Shown one piece after another: positions 24,328 through 36,423 of a stretch of DNA of 64,000 nucleotides. The first letter of the stretch is position 1; the number at the start of each line of letters is the position of its first letter. Source of the stretch: Glycera tridactyla (lineage: Eukaryota); assembly GCA_965644265.1 (NCBI GenBank), contig OZ286469.1, positions 58,776,001-58,840,000 on the forward strand, written 5' to 3'. Both the position numbers and the translations under genes were made by a program. Under the pieces are notes generated by a model. It ran no database searches. It saw nothing but the letters and a program-made list of their open reading frames with translations, and was not told where the DNA came from.

Positions 24328-25312
24328 TTAGGAATGAGAGCCTACACGTTAGCAATTAAAACCTGCGCGTTAGCAATAAAAAGTCACACATGAGCAATGA
24401 AAGCTAACGCTAATGCATATTATGGAAGCCTACGCGTTAGCAATGAAAAGTCACGCGTGAGCAATGAAAACCTACACGTTAGCAATGAAAGCCTACGCAT
24501 TAGCAATCAAAACCTACAAGTTAGCAATAAAGGGTCACGTGTGAGCAATGACTGCTAACGCATTACCAATGAAAGCCTACGCGTTGGCAATTGAAACCTA
24601 CGTGTTAGCAAAAAGTCACGCGTGAGCAATGATTGCTAACGTATTAGCAATGAAACTAACTCATAGGCAATTATTGCTAACACGTTAGCAATGAAAGGTC
24701 ACGCGTGAGCAATAATGCTAATTATGATGTTGACATTGACCACTTGGTTCATGCTCATTGTTCTGGGGGGGGGGGGGATGGTAGGGAAACTAAGTTGTAA
24801 AAGGCATGAATCACCACAATCAGAGCAAATTTGAATATGCTGATATGGGCAGTGCATTCATATATTGCTAACGTGTGACAATTTTAACGCGTGACAATTC
24901 TAACGCGTGACAATTCTAACACGCAACAATTCTAATGCGCTAGAATGCTAACGTGTTAGCATTGTCACGCGTTAGCATTGTCACATGCTAGAATTGTCAC
25001 ACGTTAGATTTCTAACGCGTGAGCATTTTAACGCATTAGCAAAATATGATGTCTATACGTTAGCTTTCAAGAATAGCTGCCACACACCCATGGGTGCATG
25101 TTAGCAAATTGCTAACGTGTAACTTCATAGGAACACACAAATGCTCACGCTTATGTGATTGGTTCATTTTCAAAATGGAGACCGTTTATTGGCTGGAATA
25201 GTCAACTGTGAGAATGCTAATACGTTAGCATTCTCCCGCGTTAGCATGCTAACGCGTTAGCATTGTAACGTGTATAGAAATCCTAATATGACATCGATGG
25301 CTTTCCATAGTG

Positions 25313-25350
25313 CGGCAACGAGCCCGTTTGAACGTCCGGAAATTTTCTTA
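25313..25350 (+). pseudogene. CR1 RT C-terminal fragment, right part
   Basis: CGGCAACGAGCCCGTTTGAACGTCCGGAAA = RQRARLNVRK, continuing TRGHRYKLE in frame. Confidence 0.8.
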
Positions 25351-26147
25351 TGGCGTAGATGGTGTGAATGCGCAGCTGTAATCGGGCGCTAAACTCTGTC
25401 AAATCTAATTGTGGCGGGTACGTTTCACACGATAAATTCGCCAAGTCTGGTCTGATCTGACTTTCAATGGCACGAATATATTGTATAAGTCTTCCGGTGA
25501 TTATCGAACCCGGTTTTAGCCAGACTTCATGTTTTAGAAGAGGATGCGCCATAATCTCATTGCATTTTTTCAGCGAATCCCCTGGCATTACCTGCGAATA
25601 TTTGTAAGTGAAACAGTGGAGATACGACCGCAGCACTTACCACGAAACCAGCGTGAAATTGACATATTTGGCTATCTAAGGTGAACTATACACGGGAACT
25701 TCAACGAGATTATATTTCTAGTCGCCGGAGATGTCAACAAAGCTTGTCACCGAGTTTTACTTCAATCCGATGCGAATTCGTTATGCTATTGGGGAAAAAC
25801 CTACCCGCCACGATTAAACCTCACAGACTTTACCACCCAACCGACTGACCAACTAAAATCTGTCAACAAGTTGGATTTGATTGAAGGTTGATATTAGAAT
25901 CATTGCCAGCTGCCCATCCCCCACTTGTGACACGATGTATTTCCTTGATGGCCCATCCCACGCTCAATTAACAGATATACATACCCCATACCATAGTTAG
26001 CGACCGCCCTCAGCCTGTGACGTGTGTACATTCCAAGAAAGGACCCCCCTTCTCCCAAGCCTGTCACATACACATGTCAAGATATACACAATCACCCACG
26101 GTGTGTGAGTACAGAACCTCATTTACCGATCCGATCCCCATATTAAA

Positions 26148-26460
26148 TGACAAGAGCGCCAAGGCGCATATTGGAGAATTTGCACAATCAACTATCTCAA
26201 ACACCTGCATCCCCACACATGAAAATATGTATAATGCTCATGTTGAAGCTGTTCTACCTCAAAAGAGTCACATTCTTTTATTTGACGATCATTTGGATGA
26301 CTACGCCTCCAGAATGAGTGAACTGCGTCAGTACTGTTGGAGGTAGGACATATCACCAGTAGAGTTTGTATTCATACACCCACTGAGAGCCCTATTTCGA
26401 CTCAGATTGTGCCCGGAAAAATTGCCCGTGCACGATTTGTCTGTGATGAAACAGCACAAA
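26148..26460 (+). repeat. Family F element
   Basis: ACAAGAGCGCCAAGGC start; similar to 18650-18900. Confidence 0.6.
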
Positions 26461-26684
26461 TGCATGGGGAATGAGTGGAATGAATCATAATTCGATTAGT
26501 AATCCTGCCACGTGATCTAGTAATCTTGCCACGTGATCTATCAATCCTGCCACGTGATCTCATAAGGCCCCAATCATGCAGACATGAGCGGACTATTTTG
26601 TATGAGAAATGACACTATTTGAACAAGGCATAAATGCACAAACGGCTCGCATGCACGCCGCTCGTCGAAAGGGGACACATCTGT

Positions 26685-27430
26685 GTGTGTGCCCCACCAC
26701 CCCACCCTTACCCCCACACACCCACACATCTCCCCAAACCCCCACCCCGGCCCCTGCCCCGCCCATCCCCAGCCCCTACCTCCCTAACCCCACCTCCAGA
26801 CCAACCCCACCAATCCCCCACCCCCAGACCCACCCTTCCCACACCCCACCCTTCCCCTCACACCCACACCCCCTCCCCATATCCACACACCTATCTTCCC
26901 GACCACCACCCCGGCCCCTACCCCCACCCATCCCTGGCCCCCACCCCCACCCCCGGACCCACTCAACCAATTCCCCAACCACCCCCACCCCCACCCTTCC
27001 CCCCACCCCGGCCCACCCCCACCCTTCCTCTAACATCCCCACCCCCATATCCATGGCCCACCCAACCCATCTTCCCCACCCCACCCCAGCCCCTACCCCC
27101 ACCCATCCCTGGCCCCTGGCCCCCAACCCCCACCCCCGGACCAATCCCACCCAACCAATCCCCCACCCCAACCTCCCCCACCCCACCCTTCCCCCACCCC
27201 CGATCCACCCACACCCCCACCCCATATCCACGGCCCACCCCACCCATCTTCCCCACCCCACCCTGGCCTCTACCCCCACCCATCCCTGGCCCCTACCCCA
27301 CCCCCGGACCCACCCATCCAATCCCCCACCCCAACCTTTCCCGACCCCACCCTTCCCCACCCCTACCCCCATATCCACGGCCCACCCCCACCCAGCCCCT
27401 ACCCCCACCCATCCCGCCCCCCCCCCCCCG
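26685..27430. repeat. C-rich minisatellite with higher-order ~150-180 bp period
   Basis: CCCATATCCA(C/T)GGCCCACCC and CCCACCCATCCCTGGCCCC recur 3-4 times; the overlapping ORFs are low-complexity artefacts. Confidence 0.9.
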
Positions 27431-27799
27431 AATGAGGTCCATCTATCTATACTGTGCTCGAGGGATTAAATAAATGGATATGCATACTAGTGTATGTATG
27501 AGAAAGTGAACTTAGGTCCATCTATTTATACTGTGCTTGATGTAGCAGTTGGTACATGAAACTGATTAGGCATTTATGTAATACAGCCAAGAACAACAGA
27601 GTTACCGGGAGAGCCTTCCCCAACAATGAAAGGACAGGCAGAGAATGGTGTACATTTCCTTGTTGTCTTATGCAACTCAGACAGAATGAATGGCTTCAGC
27701 TGTCTCAAAGAATTCCAAACTCACAAATAAAAAGGCTTCTTTTCCCTCAAAATTTCCCAACTATATGAGATGGATTATGAAAAAGAATGCTCCCACTTT

Positions 27800-28005
27800 G
27801 TTGTCCAACAACTGATGCATGTGTATACCAAATATCAAGAATGTAGGTGCAATATTAGCTGAGTGAGGCTTCAAAGAAAAACTTTAACTAAAACTTTAAC
27901 CAAAACCTTAACCTCAGACCTTCACGCCGGACAGACGGCCGGACGGTCTGACCAACTGCGTGATTACAAAGACTGGCATTTAGCTTCGTATGCAAGCCAA
28001 AAAGC
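27800..28005 (+). mobile_element. 3' part of a Helentron/HINE-like non-autonomous element
   Basis: Short tandem AAAACTTTAAC and GGACAGACGG units, then an imperfect terminal stem-loop TGGC...AGCTTCG...GCCA followed by AAAAA. Confidence 0.4.
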
Positions 28006-30254
28006 CGCATGGTTTGGTAAGCAGCATCATGAATTACTTCACATTTGCTCTATTTTTACGATGGATAGAATTGGTTTGACCCATCATACTGGATACAGGT
28101 ACCACGAAGATCACTCCACATCGATAAAAAGTTCATGACAGCGCTCAGACGGTAGACATTTTGCAAGGAACAAAATTGACGATAGCACCATAAGAGAATT
28201 CGATAGGAAATTCCCCCCAAAACAACGTGTATTCATTTTTTGCGGGCGAATAAAGATCACTCGCATGCATGTAGAGTTAAGCAGTGGTATCAAAGAAGGG
28301 TCGTCGAGCTCTGAGCCATGACTTTCAGACAGGTACAGTTGACGTCAGATGGCTTGCCGAGCATTGAGCCATGGGCATACAAGAGCAGACTGCCATACAC
28401 ACAGCCCGTCTTTGATATTCCAGTCATCATGCACTGGACTCCCACTTAGTTGCCTGTTACACACGGAAGCCCTAGTCTCCTCCTTTGACAGGCCAAAGGT
28501 CCCGGGTACCTCGCGGTGATCATAATTGAGTGATTTGTAGTGATTTGTATGAATCTTGAAATATGAGTATTTTGTTACACTTGTCCTCAAACAGGCGAAC
28601 GAGAAGTAGAGCGGCAGTCCAAGAAGATCGGCCATGAGAGGAAGGGCGGGCGTCTGGCATATCATGGGTAACAAGTAGGTCAAAATTGGCTAGGGGAAGT
28701 GGGGACCAGTCTATTTTAGGAGACGGACGTGGGGTGGTGTCACCCATCGTCACCACAGCTCCAGAGACTCCTGCTCATCCGGAACTCTCCATCGTTCAGC
28801 CTAGGCGGACTGCTGCTCTATGGATCTTCACTCCTTGCCGGGACCCTGCGCGTGTGTAAATCCAATACAGGACTACTTGGGAATACCAATCGCTGGGTTC
28901 AATACCGGTGTACATCAAGTACCTTGCAGTCCTGGAATAGGGGTCGCTGACAACTGCCCGGAGTGGAGGATTGGGGCAGCTGTTTGCCGGGACAAGTGAC
29001 AGAGGGGCTCGCTTTTCGGACCTGGGAGTCCTGCGGCCCGTAACATACGGGACATCATCATCATCCACCATCCAAATTCTTCTCGGTCTTCATGCCATCT
29101 CCACTGACGATAATGGGCAGAGGTAACGTCGCTGCCAGGGGGTTCCTTAAGGGGCCTGACCTCCCGTCAGAGGAGGCAAACCTACAAGACAGAGGTGTCA
29201 GGCCTATCCGAGACAGGGGCCAGTCAGCCACACCGATGACTGGGGTTCGCCCCCGGTCGATGGTGAAGTGTCGCCGGTGGATTATAGCCATGTGGTTGCC
29301 ACGACTTTACTTAATTACTTACTTACTGGATAATGTTAGGATCACATTGTTAACTAGTCGGAAGCACAACCCACATTCGGCGAGGAATCTCTACAGGCAG
29401 AACAAGCGAAAATAAGACTGCTATCTCATGTGACCTCAGCTGGCGTGGGCTCTCTGTCGGTAATTACGGAAAATATTGTTGTACGCAATTGTGACCAGAG
29501 GGCGCTGTTTAATTGGGGGCAGATCGTGAGTGGCTTCCGTTGATCTCAATCTCTCCCACGAAAATGCCATCACGCATCTCCCACCTACTTGAAATGATAC
29601 ATACCCTCCAGAAACACACACGATCTGGTTCAGTTGAGGTTTAACAACATGTATCAACTCGGAGGATTATGTTTGCCATGAGTTCCCGATCTATGAAAGC
29701 TGGAAATGAATTAAATCTACTTCTATAGTCTACCCAAGTCTGTAGGTAACTGGAAAAGAAATGAATCTACTTCCATATTCTACTAAGTCTGAAGGTAATT
29801 GTAACACAAGCAGGTAGGATAACCCTGCATCTTGTATTGCACATAACTCTGAATAAGATTGCTCTATATTCCCTGACTGATGATAGTCCTTCCTTGTTAA
29901 ATTGTCTTCGTTTATTGATAATGAACTGTGTAGATAGTCAAGTATGTTGTATATATGGTATTTTGTTTTTGTCATCAGCGGAGAAGCTCTGCTGCTGGGG
30001 TAATTCTTGCTGACGAATTAAAATAAAGTTATACAAACAAACAAACAAACAATAGTAAGAGTCGGATTGTATTTGTCATTGTTCGTATTTTTCTGTTTAA
30101 TTGCTTGTACGAATGCTATATCGACCAAATAAGTGAATACCCATCGAAAACTTAAATTTATTCCACATCGCATGTTGTTGCTAGATTGGTGGTTCATTTG
30201 TTTGTTTGCATAAGCATGTGATTCAACCCCTGTGGTCTCATGTAATTTGTTGTT

Positions 30255-30440
30255 TACCTCATGCATCAAAAGATATCTTGTCTCATCTGTGCTCTGAAAG
30301 TATTATTTTCACAAACCCTGAACACCAGTTGATGAGAAGCAGAACAATTGTGAAGTGGGCGTAGCTGACTGTTCAGACACACCACCGACCTGATGAATCT
30401 AAAGATGGCACACATCACTGTGTGTGTGACTGGAATATGG
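30255..30440 (-). mobile_element. Family B fragment (another B tail at ~29635-29705)
   Basis: CACAAACCCTGAACAC...GCTGACTGTTCAGACAC...AAGATGGCACA...GTGACTGGAA. Confidence 0.6.
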
Positions 30441-30593
30441 CACGCTAGACTTAAAGTGCTTTTATGTTGTGCTGGGATACGTGAACGCGGTGTATAGACG
30501 ATTTTAAGCCACATGTGGCCAGTGCAAGAACGCGAATTTTAACACAAATCTATGGTGTACGACACACTGCATGGGTCGTGGTTGTAGGTTTTT

Positions 30594-30965
30594 GTGCAGG
30601 AGATCAAAGAATGGAAAGCAGAAATGATAGTGTTGAAATCACTAGAGGACTACCCAAAAACAGAACTAGCAGGGAGAGAAAAATACCTAGATGACTCTGA
30701 AGAGAGCAAAATAATGACCAGACTATGGTTAAATAATGTACACTGGAACAACCAAAGGGGTGAGCAGAAGTTGTGTAGAGCATGCTCACAAGAGAAATGT
30801 AGCATTAAATATATGCTACTCGAATGTACAGTAACGGAGAAACTTCGTGATGATGAAAGGAATGAGAGAAGCAATGGGATACAGAGGAGCATCAAGATGA
30901 TACTGTCAGATAAGTCAGAAGGGAATAAAAAAATACTTAAAAGATATCTACAGATTATGGGATGA
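30594..30965 (+). pseudogene. Non-LTR retrotransposon ORF2 C-terminal fragment (zinc knuckle)
   Basis: KSLEDYPK...KYLDDSEESKIMTRLWL...LCRACSQEKCSIKYMLLEC gives Cx2Cx8(H>Y)x4C; followed by an (AG)n tract. Confidence 0.55.
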
Positions 30966-30993
30966 AGAAGCAAGAAAAAGAGAAAAGGACAAC

Positions 30994-30997
<4 letters not shown>

Positions 30998-31064
<67 letters not shown>
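30998..31064. repeat. (AG)n microsatellite
   Basis: About 33 units. Confidence 0.95.
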
Positions 31065-31066
<2 letters not shown>

Positions 31067-32819
31067 AAAGAAAAAAGAAGAAAGGAGAAATATCAAACAG
31101 GGACAAGACCAAGCCTCCCATGAGGGTTGAGGCAGTCAAATAAACAGGGAGGGCAAGTCAANNNNNNNNNNNNNNNNNNNNNNNNNNNNNNNNNNNNNNN
31201 NNNNNNNNNNNNNNNNNNNNNNNNNNNNNNNNNNNNNNNNNNNNNNNNNNNNNNNNNNNNNNNNNNNNNNNNNNNNNNNNNNNNNNNNNNNNNNNNNNNN
31301 NNNNNNNNNNNNNNNNNNNNNNNNGTCCACAGGGACAAACGCATGATACACGTGACTTCGCCGTTTATCTACACGTCAAATTCTTGAAAATTGAGGATGA
31401 TTGTCGCGTGAATTTTCACATCCAGAAATAGCAACTAAATGAAAGGCGCATGGCCATCACAAAGGAAGTGCAAAACAGGTGAAACCGGTAGTAGTCAAGC
31501 CCCTTTCCCCAGGGCGTGATTTCTGCGGATAGAGGCATCCAAGAAATAAGTGCCACTCGAATAAATCGTGTATCTAAATAGAGCCAGAAATGACGACGTT
31601 ATGTTGTTTGGTTGTAACGTTTCTCGGATCATGATAGACGGCGTATACAGAGCAAATAATAGCGCCCATGTTGAAAAAAAATTGCGATTCGGTAAATTCG
31701 AATCGAATCAAACCAAATAAAAACATCACGTTTCTGCATCATACTCATGGCGAAGTGCCCAGGATTGCTTGGAATGACGACGACAAAATATGTATACTGG
31801 ACTGTAATACCCAACCTCTAGTGTGGTTGGTTGGTTGGTTGGCGTTTAATTGCGCACATCGACCTGTAGGACTGTGTATGCAGCGTGTTTCTGATGTGTT
31901 CAGGTTGGGTGTTCTGTCCCCTATAGGCATCATTCTCATGCTCCCTGAACACCAGATGTTTTTCGTGGGTTTTGTTTTAAAACTCTTATTTGAGATCGCC
32001 GAAACATTCAAACACAATAATAAAGTGTTTCTTTCTAGGTTGACGATTTCAAAGATAAGATCTCAACTACGATAATTATATGAGGTAAATATATTCAACG
32101 AAATGGATATTTGAGATGAATGAGATGAGATGAACTAAATGAAATACTAAATGGCAGAGCATGGTGTCAAAACGGTTTCCGGACAATAACTTCAGAATTT
32201 TGAGGGCTAGCCTTCTCAAAGATAGTGTGCAGACTCTCCCAGGTCATAGCAAGACAGCTAAAAATTTTGGGGCAGCCATCTGGAATTCCAAGGTCACTGA
32301 GAGCAAAAAGGTCAAAATTAGCTCTGGTGGATGTGTTGGCGATTTGCAGCAAGAAAATCAGCCTATTGAGATCTTCTTTCTACCATCTAATGATATATAG
32401 ATTTATGAAAATCGTGAGAGAGAATGATGAGGAAAATCCGTGAATGTGTCGATGACCTATGAAGGAATTGCCATTGAAAATCGACATTTTATCGATTTTT
32501 TTCTGCAAAATTTAGGTCGGTGATATGGGTAAATTTTGCTATCATTCAAAAGAAGACATCAATACCCAACTTTTGAAAAAACTAGGCCTGTAGGCCCCAA
32601 AAGAATGGCAGCAATACCACAGCATGACTCCTGTCACTGAATATGAAATTAACACAAAACATCAATCTCACCAATTGATACATAAATGATACAATTTAAT
32701 CGAATGTTGTCTCATAAAAACAACCTGAAGATCGACATGAGAGAAGTACCTATGCAAGTCAACATCATCTGTAACTCTAAAATTGAAGCTCATTGGAACC
32801 TTTTTCTGGGGAGTTACCT

Positions 32820-32975
32820 TTCATTGATGTGTATTGATTTCATAAATTTTCACCTTCTGTTACAGACCCAGAAGGAGAAGTCTTTGGTCCCACCCATGCC
32901 CATTGCATGGGGGTCACATTATAGCTCAGGTGGAGCTGATGTGACATTAAACCCCCAACAAAACAAACAAATCAA
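32820..32975 (+). mobile_element. SINE/LINE-tail family D
   Basis: CCCATGCCCATTGCATGGG...GGAGCTGATGTGACATTAAACCCCCAACAAAAC; inverted copies at 55655-55830 and 58150-58345. Confidence 0.7.
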
Positions 32976-33435
32976 ATATCTTCTCAACTGATCATGAACC
33001 AAGAGCCATCTTTCTATAAAAACCACTGATGCATCCAAGTGGTCTCCATTCACATATCTCACTTTAACAAAATCGCTCTCAGCCTGTGTTATATCAGGGA
33101 CATCAGCACTCAAAAGTCATTTTTAGATGATCTCATAACAAGATCTATAAATCTCTCAGCAAATTGAAGAAAATCATACCTACTGGGAAACTGCTGACAT
33201 GCGAAACCCCATTCAACAGGATGCAGAACAGCTTTCTTGTTTGGCATAGATAACTTTACCTTTGATGAGGGACCACTTTTTAGTGACATTTAGGGCAGTC
33301 ATTGGTCACTGACTTCACTGTAATTGATTTGATTAAAATGGCATAGCTATGATTTTGCAATCGATGAAAATATGTGTAGTGAAGACCCTCGACGGCAAGG
33401 CCATCTGTCATCAATATCATTTGAGACAAAATACT

Positions 33436-33617
33436 GTAGTGAAATATGCAATGAGGGACCACCCTAAATGTTAATTAAAAGAGGTCTCCCAAAAGTGGTC
33501 TCTCATTATAGGTACAATATATTTGACTATGTCAAATAAAGGAGCTGCCCTGAAAAAGTGGTGTCCCCTCAGGGGTGGTCTATTGTCAGAGGGTCTCTCA
33601 TCACAGGCTCCACTATA
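33436..33617. mobile_element. Degenerate Tc1/pogo-type MITE
   Basis: TAGTGAAATATGCAATGAGGGACCACC ... GGTCTCTCATCACAGGCTCCACTATA; internal AAAAGTGGTC repeats. Confidence 0.55.
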
Positions 33618-34878
33618 AAACTATAACGCATGTGGAGGGACCAAACAAGATAAGAGATTGGGGTCTGTGCGAACGGGAGGGGGATGGGGGAGAGCACTAT
33701 CAGTACATCTAGGTCAACTGATAGATCCATAGCCAGTGATGTGTGGTTGCTCTGCTAGTTTAGTACAGACCTCCACTTCCTCCCACCTGCTCAACACCTA
33801 TAGTTAGGTCCTGAATATGATGGCAGAGGGACAGCATATGGTCGGGTGAATACTTCAGAGTGCTGTCGTTTTGACAGACCCATCTTTTGACTGTTTTTAT
33901 AAAGTGACACAGTGGTGACTGGCAGAATTACACTAACATTTCATATTTTGGGCTAGCTTTCATTAGCCAGCTTTTTGATTTGTCTCACATTGTTTCTGCT
34001 TGCTCATGATGGGATGATCTTTACTTTATATCACATACTGCATTCAGTTATGTGACAGTTCAAAGGATGTGATGAAAGTTTGTTAATGTATGTCACCATA
34101 GCTATTTTATGATAATATCTCCCATCAGCAGCAGCATGACTCTTCACTCCCCTGTTGGAGGATTAATATGGTGCAAACCTCAAGTCATTGCACTCATTTA
34201 TCATCTCTTTCATAGCAAATTCTCCAACCTAGAAAACTGTTTGATACATCTATATCCATTTAGGCCTCAAACACCATCTCTCACCTGACGTGAGGTTTCT
34301 TATCCATAGCATTCATGAGGGGACTATTTTCTCAGTGAGCACACACTGAATACATACAGTTTTGGGGCCTGCTGTTGCCATTGCTTCTGTGTGATTGCCT
34401 GCATAAAGCCTGGCATAGCCATTCTTAAAAATAGGGAAATTCTTTGATAGATTAATGATCCATGGGCAAAACACTGCAGAAAATAGGTACAAGAAATAGC
34501 CTTCCACAGTCCTATACTTGCCCAAAACCATTTCTCATCTTATCCACCAAGAAAAACTACGTTGATGATATTTTGAAATTTTCCGTCAATTTCACAAACT
34601 TTATTGGGTAGAGGTCAAAANNNNNNNNNNNNNNNNNNNNNNNNNNNNNNNNNNNNNNNNNNNNNNNNNNNNNNNNNNNNNNNNNNNNNNNNNNNNNNNN
34701 NNNNNNNNNNNNNNNNNNNNNNNNNNNNNNNNNNNNNNNNNNNNNNNNATGAGGTGTGTGCATGGTTTTCTGGAGAGTTCAAACCAGCAGATGAAATCAA
34801 AGAAAACTCTTCGTCGAAAAATTTTGACCTGACTGAGAACTTCGTGCCAGACAGATGGACAGGCTGCCCGACGGCCAG

Positions 34879-34975
34879 GGACAAGTTCGGCTCAGTGACA
34901 ATAGTCGATAATATCACGAGTCGAACGCAAGATCGCCGACAATAGTGGACGATTGTCACTGAGCCGAACTTGTCC
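34879..34975. mobile_element. 97-bp mini-MITE, 24-bp perfect TIR, CAG TSD
   Basis: GGACAAGTTCGGCTCAGTGACAAT / ATTGTCACTGAGCCGAACTTGTCC; CAG at 34876-34878 and 34976-34978. Confidence 0.8.
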
Positions 34976-35077
34976 CAGATCAACCACGTGATTGCGAAGA
35001 CTCGTATGCGCTTCACATGCGATGTGCGCAACTTGGGTAAAATGCGGCTCTGCAGCTATCGCATGCTATCACCAATT

Positions 35078-35295
35078 GTTTGTTTGTTTGTTTGTTTGAA
35101 TTTAACGTCACTTAAACCTACATGGGTTATATCGGACTGAAAGAACTGAAAATGCTGAAGAAAAGAGTCACTGCATGCCGGGGCAGTCCCTACTCTTTGC
35201 GAAAGACAGCAGTGGATCTTTAACGTGCGTCAAGGAAAAGACTCCTATCAACACGGCCGGCCTTTGATATCCCAGTCGGCATGCACTGGGTTAGC
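35078..35295 (-). mobile_element. SINE family A
   Basis: (TTTG)n tail, then TTTAACGTCAC...CTTTGATATCCCAGTCGGCATGCACTGGG. Confidence 0.8.
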
Positions 35296-35704
35296 ATGCA
35301 TACGATTCACATTTGTCTAAATATTCCCAATTCGTGCAAATACTCAAATATGTGTGTTGGATCGACTTTCGTGAAAAGTTGTGTCATATTTTCAACAGTG
35401 AAATACTTTACTTAAAATATATTGGCATTATAATGAAATGCTTCAACACCAGTGGCGCACGGATCACCGCTGCAGGTGCAAGGAGCATGGGTGTACATGA
35501 CAGTCTTCTGGATGCGGAATGCCTGTCTTGTGTAACTTGCAGATGAAGTCGGGGGAGAGGCGGAAGTGGGATATAATTAGGCGGCCCAACTTGTTTTTGT
35601 TTACCACGAGCATCTGTCGAGGAACAGGTTGATGTGACATGAGTTCTACAACGTTCTCTGACGTCATACAGTCTAATGCACAACCATGAATATGGTCGTA
35701 TTGT

Positions 35705-35905
35705 GACCCAGTGCATGCCGACTGGGATATAAAAGACTGGCCGTGTGTATAGGAGTCTTTCCCCGTGCGCACGTGAAAGAATCACTGCTGTCTTTCGCAA
35801 GGAGTAGAGCGGCCCTCGGCAGCAGTGCCTCTTTTCTTCAGTCTTTTCATTTTTTCGGTACGATCTAACTCAAGGTGGTTGAAAGGACGTTAAACTCAAA
35901 CAAAG
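35705..35905 (+). mobile_element. SINE family A
   Basis: CCCAGTGCATGCCGACTGGGATAT...GAAAGGACGTTAAACTCAAACAAA, followed by (CT)n at 35922-35970. Confidence 0.8.
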
Positions 35906-35915
35906 CTCTATCTCT

Positions 35916-35973
<58 letters not shown>

Positions 35974-36229
35974 CTCCTCCTATTTCTGCGTCCAAACAGG
36001 TTAGGGAAAATCCATGAAATTCACAGATACTCAAGGTATCTTTCCTGATCACACAGACAAGGTAGAGGCGAACATATGCCCTACATGATTAAACGCAAAT
36101 GCTAAAACACTGATTTCTAGAATGGTCTAGCTTAGACTGGAACTCATCAATTTCCGTCGGAGAAGAAACAGACCGCTGTAAAAACAAGCGAGGCAACCCG
36201 AGACGGCGGGAAACTAATCTGTTACGTGC

Positions 36230-36423
36230 GTATGAGCACGTACTCTTGTCACGCACGCACACGCACACGCACATGAGAATACAAACACAGGCACGTGCAC
36301 AATCATGTGCACACAGATATAGATTGCATGATTGAAATTCAGACACGCGCCTGCACACGCACGCACACGTACACGCACACACACGTACACGCACACACAT
36401 ACACACACATACACACTCGTACA
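36230..36423. repeat. (CA)/(CACG)n low-complexity tract (similar tracts at 47750-47910 and 48160-48235)
   Basis: Direct reading; abuts an N-gap. Confidence 0.9.

Larger units (their letters stand above)
20135..25312. mobile_element. 5.2-kb non-autonomous foldback element with CACTA(EnSpm)-like termini
   Basis: Left CAGTATGGAAAGCCATCGATGTCATATT; right AATATGACATCGATGGCTTTCCATAGTG (reverse complement begins CACTA). Arms 20135-21385 and 24331-25312 are mutually inverted and built from TGCTAACGCG subrepeats. Confidence 0.85.

Noticed and set aside
26609-27473. Pro/His/Gly-rich ORFs of 210-286 aa
   Set aside because: Open in many frames on both strands because the C-rich repeat lacks stops; no domain.
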